A DNA stretch of 64,000 bases from an uncultured Actinomycetota bacterium (GTDB lineage: Bacteria > Actinomycetota > Actinomycetes > DATJPE01): contig CAWKPB010000001.1 in NCBI GenBank assembly GCA_963851405.1, positions 279,707 through 343,706 of the forward strand, written 5' to 3'. The notes under the pieces are model-generated. The model did not search any database, was not told the origin of the DNA, and worked only from the letters and a program-made list of their open reading frames with translations. Position numbers and translations under genes: made by a program. This document shows positions 1 to 8,315 of this stretch, in pieces; position 1 is the stretch's first letter, and every line of letters begins with the position of its first letter.

Positions 1-1779
1 CTCCAGCGACTGTCCGACGACCGACGGGTCCGAGACGCCGAGGGCGCCGCCGACTTGGTCCGCCTCCTCGGACCGCTCACGACCGACGAAGCCCGCCAGC
101 GCGGAGCCGAGCCAGCCTGGTTGGTCGATCTCGAGGGCGCGCGCCGGGTGATTCGGGTGCGGCTGGCCGGCGAAGAGCGGTGGGCCGCCATCGAAGATGC
201 TGGACGCCTCCGGGACGCCTTCGGGACGGCCCTACCCGTCGGAATCCCCGAAGCCTTTCTCGAGCCGGTGACCGATCCGTTGGCGGACCTGGTCGCCCGG
301 TTCGCCCGCACTCACGCGCCCTTCACTGCCGCAGAGGTCGGCCGCCATTTCGGAGTCGGGCCGGCGCCCATCACCGACGCCCTTCAGCGGCTGGCCGTGT
401 CCGGTCGGGTCGTCGAGGGCGAATTCCGGCCGGGCGGCTCAGGCAGCGAGTGGTGCGATGCGGACGTTCTACGGCTGCTTCGGCGGCGCTCGCTCGCAGT
501 CCTGCGTCAGGAGGCCGAACCCGTCGAGCCGGCCGCGCTGGCCCGTTTCCTGCCAGCCTGGCAAGGAGTCGGCGGCGCCCTGCGAGGCCCGGACGGAGTG
601 CTGCGGGTCATCGAGCAACTGCAGGGGTGCCAGGTTCCGGCCTCTGCGCTGGAGCGTCTGGTCCTCCCCGCACGCGTGGCGGACTACAACTGCGCCATGC
701 TCGATGAACTGACCACGGCCGGGGAAGTCGTGTGGGCTGGACACGGCGACTTGCCCGGCGACGACGGGTGGGTGTCACTGCATCTGGCCGACGCCGCGCC
801 GTTGACTCTGTCGCTCGTCCCGAACGAGCCCGCCACCACACCCCTGCATGCCGCGCTCCTCGACGCCTTCGACGGGGGCAATGCCCTGTTCTTTCGATCC
901 TTGTCCGACCGAGTCGGTTCGCTGGACGACAAGGCGCTGGCGACGGCCCTGTGGGACCTCGTCTGGGCGGGGCAGGTGACCAACGACACGATCGGCCCGC
1001 TGCGTTCTTTGACGGCATCCGGTCGGGGAGCCCACCGCGCGCGCCGATCGGCTCCCCGGTCGCGGTACGGCCGGCCGGGGCGGGCGTCGCTGCCAGCTCG
1101 CAGTGGCCCCCCGACGACGTTGGGTCGGTGGTCGATGCTCCCGGCTCGCGACCTAGACCCCACCCGGCGTGCCCACGCGTTGGCCGATGGACTGCTCGAC
1201 CGACACGGAGTCCTCACGCGGGGCGCAGTCGTGGCCGAAGGAGTCCCTGGGGGATTCGCCGCGGTCTACCGGGTGCTCGCTGCCTTCGAAGACGTGGGCC
1301 GGACCCGACGGGGATACGCCGTCGAGGGGCTCGGCGCGGCCCAGTTCTTCTCACCGGGAGCCGTGGACCGGCTCCGCACCTACGCCGTCGATCGCCGCGA
1401 AGCCTCTCCCGCGGTCGTCCTCGCGGCCACCGACCCGGCCAACGCCTTCGGTGCGGCTCTCCCCTGGCCCGTGCGCCCTGGCGAGGTGGTCTCCGGGCAC
1501 AGGCCAGGCCGTAAGGCTGGCGCCCTCGTGGCACTCCTCGACGGCGAACTCGTGCTGTACGTCGAACGCGGCGGGCGCACGCTGCTGACCTGGACGGATC
1601 AGCCGGAGCATCTACAACCCGCGGTCGATGCCCTCGCCCTGGCCGTCCGGGACGGCCTGCTTGGCAAGCTTGCCGTCGAACGGTCGGACGGCGTGGCCGT
1701 GCTCGACACCCCGCTCGGGAGAGCCCTGGAGCGAGCCGGCTTCCACCCGACGCCGCGCGGCCTGCGCCTGCGTCACTGA
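1..1779 (+). CDS. Lhr-like ATP-dependent helicase, C-terminal region (5' end of gene lies upstream of the window)
   Basis: Frame 1 is open from nt 1 with no stop before the first ATG at 55 and is continuous with the 55..1779 ORF. The protein, 574 aa here, resembles the C-terminal winged-helix region of Lhr-type large helicases. Confidence 0.5.
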   Translation, partial: LQRLSDDRRVRDAEGAADLVRLLGPLTTDEARQRGAEPAWLVDLEGARRVIRVRLAGEERWAAIEDAGRLRDAFGTALPVGIPEAFLEPVTDPLADLVARFARTHAPFTAAEVGRHFGVGPAPITDALQRLAVSGRVVEGEFRPGGSGSEWCDADVLRLLRRRSLAVLRQEAEPVEPAALARFLPAWQGVGGALRGPDGVLRVIEQLQGCQVPASALERLVLPARVADYNCAMLDELTTAGEVVWAGHGDLPGDDGWVSLHLADAAPLTLSLVPNEPATTPLHAALLDAFDGGNALFFRSLSDRVGSLDDKALATALWDLVWAGQVTNDTIGPLRSLTASGRGAHRARRSAPRSRYGRPGRASLPARSGPPTTLGRWSMLPARDLDPTRRAHALADGLLDRHGVLTRGAVVAEGVPGGFAAVYRVLAAFEDVGRTRRGYAVEGLGAAQFFSPGAVDRLRTYAVDRREASPAVVLAATDPANAFGAALPWPVRPGEVVSGHRPGRKAGALVALLDGELVLYVERGGRTLLTWTDQPEHLQPAVDALALAVRDGLLGKLAVERSDGVAVLDTPLGRALERAGFHPTPRGLRLRH

Positions 1780-1810
1780 CCGCCGCGACACCCCTCGGAC
1801 ACTCCTCGAT

Positions 1811-1839
1811 TTGACTGGCCTTCCAGTAATTCATATATT
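1811..1839 (+). promoter_or_regulatory. Near-consensus SigA-type promoter (TTGACT, 17 nt spacer, TATATT) in an AT-rich pocket upstream of the TauE gene
   Basis: TTGACT at about 1811-1816 and TATATT at about 1834-1839 are read directly. A GGAGG ribosome-binding site at about 1864-1868 lies 6 nt before GTG 1875. Confidence 0.45.
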
Positions 1840-1874
1840 TCCGACCGGATCAGTCATATTTGTGGAGGCCACCC

Positions 1875-2789
1875 GTGCGTACCCTCATCGTCTTTGGCGT
1901 CGTCGGCTTTCTCGCCCAGCTCGTTGATGGCTCACTCGGCATGGCGTATGGCGTCACGACGTCGACGCTGCTGCTCTCGGCGGGGTTTGCTCCCGCCGCG
2001 GCATCGGCCTCCGTTCACCTGGCCGAGCTCGGCACGACCCTCGCCTCCGGCATCTCCCATCACCGGTTCGGCAACGTCAACTGGGCCGTCGTCCGTCGGA
2101 TCGGGGTTCCTGGCGCCATCGGTGCCTTTGCCGGAGCCACCTTCTTGTCCTCGCTGTCGACCGAGGCCGCTCGCCCCTGGATGGCCGCGATCCTGCTGGT
2201 CCTCGGGGTGTACGTACTGGTCCGGTTCGCGCTGGGCATTCGCCCCGCCCTCACCGTGCACACCCCCAAGCGCCGGCTGCTCGCGCCACTCGGCCTGGCC
2301 GCTGGCTTCATCGATGCGACTGGCGGCGGGGGCTGGGGACCGCTGGCCACCCCCACCCTGATGACTGCCGGCCGGATGGAGCCGCGCCAAGCCATCGGCT
2401 CAGTTTCGGCGAGTGAATTCCTGGTCGCGTTGGCGGCGAGCCTCGGCTTCCTCATCGGCCTCGGCACCGCGGGCATCGACTTTCTCGCCGTCGGCGCACT
2501 CTTGGTCGGCGGCGTGCTTGCCACCCCGATCGCTGCCTGGCTCGTCCGCCGACTGCCCACTCCGGTCTTGGGCGCCTTCACCGGCGGACTATTGGTCACC
2601 GTGAACCTGAAGACACTTCTCTCGACCTTCGGCCTTGCGGGGGCGTCGGCTGTCGTGGCCTATCTCGTGGTGGTGGCGATGTGGGGCACCGGCCTCGCGC
2701 TCGCTATTCGTACGGCTCGTCGGACAAAGCCCGGTCCCGTCGAGCTGCCCGCTAACGAGCCGTCGTCGGACCGCGCGCTCGTCGGCTAA
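1875..2789 (+). CDS. TauE/SafE (DUF81) family sulfite/anion exporter membrane protein
   Basis: The ORF runs 1860..2789. The protein has multiple hydrophobic helices and glycine-rich motifs typical of DUF81. The likely start is GTG 1875 behind the GGAGG site; TTG 1860 is the alternative. Confidence 0.7.
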   Translation: MRTLIVFGVVGFLAQLVDGSLGMAYGVTTSTLLLSAGFAPAAASASVHLAELGTTLASGISHHRFGNVNWAVVRRIGVPGAIGAFAGATFLSSLSTEAARPWMAAILLVLGVYVLVRFALGIRPALTVHTPKRRLLAPLGLAAGFIDATGGGGWGPLATPTLMTAGRMEPRQAIGSVSASEFLVALAASLGFLIGLGTAGIDFLAVGALLVGGVLATPIAAWLVRRLPTPVLGAFTGGLLVTVNLKTLLSTFGLAGASAVVAYLVVVAMWGTGLALAIRTARRTKPGPVELPANEPSSDRALVG

Positions 2790-2822
2790 CCCACCGCCGG
2801 AGCACTGAGCAGCTGAAAGGAA

Positions 2823-3779
2823 CTAGCGGCAACCGCCCGCGGCTCGATCGCGCACGTCTCCTGACGGGGCTGCGAGAAACTTGGCCCGCCAGCTCGTGGG
2901 CAACAAGGTCAGCTTCAGCAAGCCGAACGTGTCGCTGATGCGGCGCTCGCTCGCGGCCGTGATCTTCGCGAAGCCACGCAAGTGGCCGCCGCCGGTGCCA
3001 ACGACCAACAACACTGGGCCGGACGCGTTCGGCCGACCGCCAGCCCCCACCGGGCCGATCCGTTCGTAATCGTGTGCATGCCCCGCCAGCACCAGATCCA
3101 CCCCACCTGCGACTGCTGTGCGCCAGATCGCGTCCCCAGACGGGTTGTCGCCGTGCTCCTCGTCGGAGCTGAAGCGCGGCTGGTGCATGGCCAACGCCGT
3201 ACATCGCCCCTTGTCCTTGGCCAATCGCTCCCGCACCCAACGGGTCTGCTTGGAGGAGGCTGAGCAGCCAACCTTCGTGCAATTGGCGTCGATGACCAGC
3301 ACCCGCCAGGTCCCCACGCGGTAGGAGTACCAAGGTTTGGTCGACGTGCCGGAGTCCGGCCACTTGTCGTAGAAGACTCCGCGGTGGCGGTCATCATGAT
3401 TGCCGATGAGGGCCTGGGACCGGCTGCGCAGTGGCTTCCAGCTGGGCCAGAAGCAGTCCCTGTAGTTCGCCCTCGTCCCGTCCGGATAGGCCAGGTCGCC
3501 TAAGAGCAGGATCGGACCCGAGAGATTCTGCGCCAACGCGGCCGTGGCCGCTCCCCCGTCACCGCCCGGCCCACAATCACCGAGGTCTCCGACTGCCAGA
3601 AGCGTCGGCCGGCGCTGGCTGGCGACATCAGTGGCCGAGTCCACCACCTCCTCCGTCGGGGCGATCGTTGCCCGATCCTGCGCCGGCTCACCGGTCGGTG
3701 ACGCGCAGGCCCCGAGCACCAGCACCGCGGCCAACGCCCGAGCAGCCCAGATGGTTGTTGATCTCCGTTCGACGCTCAT
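2823..3779 (-). CDS. Secreted metallophosphoesterase (calcineurin-like) lipoprotein
   Basis: The N-terminus has a signal peptide with an LGAC lipobox. Phosphoesterase metal-ligand motifs are present (GDLGD, GNHD, GHAHDYER). It overlaps the upstream TetR gene by 4 nt. Confidence 0.7.
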   Translation of the reverse strand: MSVERRSTTIWAARALAAVLVLGACASPTGEPAQDRATIAPTEEVVDSATDVASQRRPTLLAVGDLGDCGPGGDGGAATAALAQNLSGPILLLGDLAYPDGTRANYRDCFWPSWKPLRSRSQALIGNHDDRHRGVFYDKWPDSGTSTKPWYSYRVGTWRVLVIDANCTKVGCSASSKQTRWVRERLAKDKGRCTALAMHQPRFSSDEEHGDNPSGDAIWRTAVAGGVDLVLAGHAHDYERIGPVGAGGRPNASGPVLLVVGTGGGHLRGFAKITAASERRISDTFGLLKLTLLPTSWRAKFLAAPSGDVRDRAAGGCR

Positions 3780-4366
3780 GGTCGATCCGCCCCAGTGAGC
3801 TCGCGGAGAGGGACGGGCGGAGCCAGCCAGCCGGCCACCACCCCGGTGACGGCCCGGCGACCGCCCTCGACGTCAGGGGTCACCAGGAAGGACGCGAGCA
3901 ACCGCAGCACCGCATCGACTGCCGCGGCATCATCGCGGGCTCCGTACCGCTGCAGCCCGGCTGCCGCCCCCGTGCGGCTGCCCGTGGCCAGCGGCGCGGC
4001 TGCGACAAGCGCCATCAAGACCCGCGGATCGAGCGCCTCCAAGCCGCCGCGGGCCGGGTGGTCGCCCAGATGGCTAGCGGCAGCGAACAGCGCGGCCTCG
4101 AGATCTGGCTCCCCAGCCGCGGCCACGCACACCCGATCGATCTCCCGCTCAACAAGCGCGGCGAAGATCTCCTCCTTGGACCGGAAGTGGTTGTACACAG
4201 TGGCTTTGGCCACTCGAGCGCTAGCCGCGATCCCGCTCATCGTGGTCCGGGTCGTTCCCCGCTCGGCAATGCTGATCAAGGCCCCGTCTAACACCGCTTC
4301 CCGCGCTCGGCCGCCAGCATTGCCCGAGCGCGAGCGCGAACCCGTGGGGCGCTCGGCGGCCGTCAT
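3776..4366 (-). CDS. TetR-family transcriptional regulator
   Basis: The N-terminal helix-turn-helix reads TRTTMSGIAASARVAKATVYNHFRSKEE. Length is 196 aa. Its 4-nt overlap with the downstream phosphoesterase implies an operon. Confidence 0.75.
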   Translation of the reverse strand: MTAAERPTGSRSRSGNAGGRAREAVLDGALISIAERGTTRTTMSGIAASARVAKATVYNHFRSKEEIFAALVEREIDRVCVAAAGEPDLEAALFAAASHLGDHPARGGLEALDPRVLMALVAAAPLATGSRTGAAAGLQRYGARDDAAAVDAVLRLLASFLVTPDVEGGRRAVTGVVAGWLAPPVPLRELTGADRP

Positions 4367-4381
4367 GGCGTCGTGAAGCCG

Positions 4382-4693
4382 TTATGCGGCGGAGGCAACC
4401 GTGGCAGCAACGGACGGGACGCGATCGGCCAACTGAGGCACCGGAGCCAAGCTGGCGACCTCGACCACTGCGAATTCCTCAGAGGCGGAGCCGAGCAGCT
4501 CCGACAACGGGACATCCAGTGCTGCGCAGATCGATGCGAGGAGTTCGCTGCTGGCTTCCTTCTGGCCGCGCTCAACCTCGGACAGGTAACCCAACGAGAC
4601 CCGCGCGGCCGATGAGACCTCACGCAGGGTCCGGCCCTGACGCAGGCGCTGGGCGCGCAACTCACGGCCGAGAACTCGACGGAGCAACTCCAT
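4382..4693 (-). CDS. clgR: ClgR-like XRE-family HTH transcriptional regulator (clp gene regulator)
   Basis: The XRE helix-turn-helix reads [29 protein letters not shown]. It sits in the conserved pgsA-cinA-clgR arrangement. ATG 4693 has a GGAGG site about 5 nt upstream; the longer ORF to 4741 is less likely. Confidence 0.75.
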   Translation of the reverse strand: MELLRRVLGRELRAQRLRQGRTLREVSSAARVSLGYLSEVERGQKEASSELLASICAALDVPLSELLGSASEEFAVVEVASLAPVPQLADRVPSVAATVASAA

Positions 4694-4809
4694 GTCGCCT
4701 CCTTCAGCCGGTACGTGCCTTGCGGCTCGACCAAGAATCATCCGAGCCGTGCGGCCCGCTCATCACTCCACCGTACCCGCACGGTCCCCGGAACGGCGGT
4801 CGGCGGGCG

Positions 4810-5304
4810 TCAGTTCACCCCAATAGAGTCCGCGAGCAGCGCCAGCGCCGCTCGGACGGCACCAGCACGGACCGCGGCCCGGTCACCCGGGAACGTTCGC
4901 GATTGCCCGATCTCGCAATCGGCGAGGGCCAGCCCAAGACACACCGTGCCTGGCGGGTAACCGTCCTGCGGGTCTGGTCCGGCTACCCCCGTCGTGGCCA
5001 AGCCGTACGTCGCCCCAAGGCGCGTGCGGGCCCCCTTGGCCATCGCCGCCGCGACCTCGACGTGCACCGGCCCGACCCGGGCCACAAGCCCCTCATCGAC
5101 GCCGAGCAGCTGCACCTTCAGGTCGGTGGCGTAGGCAACGACTCCGCCTCGCAAGACGACAGATGCGCCGGGCACGTCCACGATCGCTGAGGCGAGAAGC
5201 CCGCCAGTGAGCGACTCCGCCACCGACAGCGTCTGTCCGCGATCGGTCAGAGCCTGGACAATGGCCCGAGCCAACTCGCTCCCATCGTCGGACGCGCTGC
5301 TCAC
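4810..5304 (-). CDS. CinA C-terminal-domain protein (PncC-like NMN deamidase family)
   Basis: It is 164 aa with the family motifs SVAESLTGGLLA and ATTGVAGP. It overlaps the pgsA stop by 4 nt. Confidence 0.75.
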   Translation of the reverse strand: MSSASDDGSELARAIVQALTDRGQTLSVAESLTGGLLASAIVDVPGASVVLRGGVVAYATDLKVQLLGVDEGLVARVGPVHVEVAAAMAKGARTRLGATYGLATTGVAGPDPQDGYPPGTVCLGLALADCEIGQSRTFPGDRAAVRAGAVRAALALLADSIGVN

Positions 5305-5933
5305 GGTCGGGCCTTTCGACGGGCGCGCTTCATGGCGGCACGATCGGAGGTCGTGCGCAGTCGGTAGGCCTTGACGACGTAGTGCAATCCGGTGATGACG
5401 GTGACGACCAGCGCCGCAGCCATGACCCAGACGCGCAGGGTGTCGAGCGCTCCGCTGACCGGCAGCACATACAGCGAGATGGCTAGCCCCTGCAGCACGG
5501 TCTTGAGCTTGCCGCCGCGGCCGGCAGCGATCACCCCGTGCCTGATCACGAAGAAGCGCAGCACAGTGACGCCGATCTCACGCAAAAGAATGACGACCGT
5601 GACCCACCAGGGCAGCTCACCGAGCAGCGAGAGACCGATCAGGGCTGCACCCGTGAGGAGCTTGTCCGCGATGGGGTCAGCGATCTTGCCGAAGTTCGTG
5701 ACCAGGCCCCGGCTCCTGGCGACAGCCCCATCGATGTAGTCGGTCGCGGATGCGACCACGAAGACGACAAAGGCGGCTACCCGCGAAGGGTCGCTCGTAC
5801 CGTCCTCTCGCAACAGCAGCCAGAAGAACAGCGGGACCAACAGCAGACGGAGCAGGGTCAGGCCGTTGGGCAGATTCCAGTTCGAGGCCGTACCCGCCGG
5901 CGACGCCATGGGGTCGGGAGGCAGCGGCTTCAC
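5301..5933 (-). CDS. pgsA: CDP-diacylglycerol--glycerol-3-phosphate 3-phosphatidyltransferase
   Basis: The CDP-alcohol phosphatidyltransferase motif D-G-x-A-R...G...D-x3-D is present in a multi-pass membrane protein of 210 aa. Confidence 0.8.
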   Translation of the reverse strand: MKPLPPDPMASPAGTASNWNLPNGLTLLRLLLVPLFFWLLLREDGTSDPSRVAAFVVFVVASATDYIDGAVARSRGLVTNFGKIADPIADKLLTGAALIGLSLLGELPWWVTVVILLREIGVTVLRFFVIRHGVIAAGRGGKLKTVLQGLAISLYVLPVSGALDTLRVWVMAAALVVTVITGLHYVVKAYRLRTTSDRAAMKRARRKARP

Positions 5934-7375
5934 GGGCCGACCCTGACCTCAGCGATCAGGTCGACTCCCTCGGTGCCCACGACGACCCCCTCGACCAGGT
6001 CGCCGACACTGAGCGGCGGGCCGATCAACGTGGTGATCCCATCGACTTCGGGGCCTTGATGGTCGGCCCGCCCCTCGGTGACCCCATCAGCGATCCTTTC
6101 GACCAGGACTCGCACGGCCTCCCCCACCCGTTCCTCAGCCCGCTGAGCGCTCAACTCCTCGACCAGCCGGGAGACGCGATCGACTCGCTCTGCGATTTCC
6201 TCAGGCGCCAGTTGGTCACCGAAGGTCGCCGCCTCGGTGCCCTCTTCATCGGAGTAGCCGAACACACCGACCACATCCAACCGGGCCAGGGTGAGAAAGC
6301 GCTCGAGTTCGCCCAGGTCCGACTCGGTCTCGCCGGGGAACCCGACGATGACGTTCGACCGGGCGCCGGCCTGCGGGGCCAGCGACCGCGCGTCGGCGAG
6401 CAACTGGAGGAAGGAGTCGGTGTTTCCGAAGCGCCGCATCCGACGAAGAACACCCGCCGATGCGTGTTGAAAGGACAGATCGAAGTACGGCACCACACCC
6501 GGCGTGCTCGCGATGGCCTCAACCAGCGAGGGTCGGGTCTCGGCGGGCTGGAGGTAGGAGACCCGGACTCGCTCAACCCCTGGCACTGCCGCCAACTCGG
6601 GCAGAAGGGTTTCGAGCAACCGAAGGTCGCCTAGATCCTTGCCGTACGACGTGGAGTTCTCGCTGACCAGAAACAGCTCTTTGACGCCCTGATCGGCCAA
6701 CCACCGAGCCTCGTCGAGCACATCGGTGGGTCGACGAGAGACAAAGGCTCCCCGAAAAGAGGGGATGGCGCAGAAGCTGCAGCGGCGGTCGCAGCCGGAC
6801 GCGAGCTTCAGGGGTGCCGTCGGGCCTCCCTCGAGGCGACGTCGAAGAGTCCGGGGGCCGGACGCCGGGCCCTTGCCCACAAGGAGATCGCCCTGGGCCT
6901 GGGCGTGGCCTGGGACGGCGACCGCACCGGCCTGCGGCGGACGCTCCGCGGGGCTCACCGGCAGGAGGGCGCGTCGGTCACGAGGAACGTGGGACACGTG
7001 GGGCGTCCCCGCCAGGATGGCCCGCAGCCGATCGCCGACCGCGGCGTAGTCATCGAAGCCAAGAACCGCATCTGCCTCGGGGAGTGAGGCTGCCAACTGT
7101 TGACCGTACCGCTCGGCTAGGCAGCCCACGGCGACGACCGCCTGGGGCCGCCCCTCGGTCTTCAGATCCGCCGCGGCCAGCAGCGTGTCGACGGAGTCCT
7201 TCTTCGCTTGCTCGACGAAGCCGCAGGTATTGACCAGGACGGCATCGGCGTCAGCGGGATCGTTGACGAGTTCCCAGCCCTCGGCCTCCAGGCGCCCGGC
7301 CAACTCCTCGCTATCGACCTCGTTGCGCGCGCACCCCAAGGTGACGAGCGCAACGGTACGGGTGGGGCTGGGCAT
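5930..7375 (-). CDS. rimO: Radical-SAM methylthiotransferase, RimO type (ribosomal protein S12 D88 methylthiotransferase)
   Basis: It has an N-terminal MTTase domain ([12 protein letters not shown]), a radical-SAM CSFC cluster with the RimO-like IPSFRG motif, and a C-terminal TRAM domain. The likely start is ATG 7375; the longest ORF reaches 7423. Confidence 0.7.
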   Translation of the reverse strand: MPSPTRTVALVTLGCARNEVDSEELAGRLEAEGWELVNDPADADAVLVNTCGFVEQAKKDSVDTLLAAADLKTEGRPQAVVAVGCLAERYGQQLAASLPEADAVLGFDDYAAVGDRLRAILAGTPHVSHVPRDRRALLPVSPAERPPQAGAVAVPGHAQAQGDLLVGKGPASGPRTLRRRLEGGPTAPLKLASGCDRRCSFCAIPSFRGAFVSRRPTDVLDEARWLADQGVKELFLVSENSTSYGKDLGDLRLLETLLPELAAVPGVERVRVSYLQPAETRPSLVEAIASTPGVVPYFDLSFQHASAGVLRRMRRFGNTDSFLQLLADARSLAPQAGARSNVIVGFPGETESDLGELERFLTLARLDVVGVFGYSDEEGTEAATFGDQLAPEEIAERVDRVSRLVEELSAQRAEERVGEAVRVLVERIADGVTEGRADHQGPEVDGITTLIGPPLSVGDLVEGVVVGTEGVDLIAEVRVGP

Positions 7376-7433
7376 GATGAGCCAGCCTACGGCGGCGGGG
7401 GCCGTGCTCGGTCCGCATGTCACGGCTCGCGGC

Positions 7434-8279
7434 TCAGCCGCTGGCCGTCAGATCCTCCGGCGTGAAGGTCAACCGGCTCACGTCTCCGTTGCCCCCGGGG
7501 GACCCGAGGTCGTTGCCGTTGACCGTAAGCGTCACCGCGCCGGCGTTACCCACGACGAGCGACACCTTGAGGTCGTCAGAGAACGTCTCGCTCTGACCCT
7601 CTTCGAGCAGGCCCTGAAAAACCTGCCGGTTACCTTCGTTCGCCGAGATCCAACTCTGGCCTCCGACCGCCGTGATGACGACGGTGACTCCTTCATCGGG
7701 CACCTCGGCGATATCGGAGTTGGACGGCTCAGGGGTCGCCGATGAGGTGGGTTCGGTCGACGGCGTGGGGGTCGCCGAGACGCTGGGCACTACCCCCGTC
7801 ATGATCTCGCGCGGGGTCGTCGGGCGGCTGGCCAGTTGCCACACGCCGATGCCCACCACAAGAACGAGGGCCACAGCCATCGCGGCCGCCCAGTTGGGCC
7901 GAGACCGTTCCGCGGCGGAGCCGGTTTCAGCCTCGAACACCCGGGTGGCCGTGGGCGCCGTGTCCACGTGCTCCGCGTCGAACTCGGCAAGCAGCGGAGC
8001 CGGGTCTAGGCCCACCGTGCGCGCGAGGGTGCCGATGTGTCCGCGGGCATAGACATCGCCGCCGCACAACCGGTAGTCATCGGCCTCGATCGCCTCGACG
8101 AGCGTGCGCCTGATCCGGGTGGTTTCAGCCACCTCTGCAGTGGTGAGACCGGCCTCCTGGCGCGCGTGCGCCAAGGTCTCGCCGATGCTCACGGCCTTGC
8201 TCCTCACCCGGGTCTTACGGACCTGTGTGCTCAGCCCGTCACGTGACCCCAGTCTACGGCGCAGGCGGCATATCGACAA
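7434..8279 (-). CDS. RodZ-like HTH (XRE) domain membrane protein with DUF4115 C-terminal domain
   Basis: An N-terminal helix-turn-helix ([22 protein letters not shown]) is followed by one transmembrane helix, a Pro/Thr/Ser-rich linker and a beta-rich C-terminal domain. The start codon is uncertain. Confidence 0.65.
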   Translation of the reverse strand: MSICRLRRRLGSRDGLSTQVRKTRVRSKAVSIGETLAHARQEAGLTTAEVAETTRIRRTLVEAIEADDYRLCGGDVYARGHIGTLARTVGLDPAPLLAEFDAEHVDTAPTATRVFEAETGSAAERSRPNWAAAMAVALVLVVGIGVWQLASRPTTPREIMTGVVPSVSATPTPSTEPTSSATPEPSNSDIAEVPDEGVTVVITAVGGQSWISANEGNRQVFQGLLEEGQSETFSDDLKVSLVVGNAGAVTLTVNGNDLGSPGGNGDVSRLTFTPEDLTASG

Positions 8280-8315
8280 AGAGCGACGAAATGGTCACAC
8301 AGAGTAAGACTCGCT

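Noticed and set aside
180-1834. Multiple overlapping ORFs inside the Lhr-like gene region (180..707 +, 732..1514 +, 1214..1834 - and others)
   Set aside because: They are alternative-frame artefacts of high GC. The frame-1 protein has coherent helicase-like sequence while the others are Arg/Pro-rich low-complexity strings.
4694-4809. A ClgR autoregulatory operator upstream of clgR
   Set aside because: I looked for the CGC-N5-GCG type ClgR box in the spacer and found no convincing palindrome by eye. It is left unannotated and would need a motif scan.
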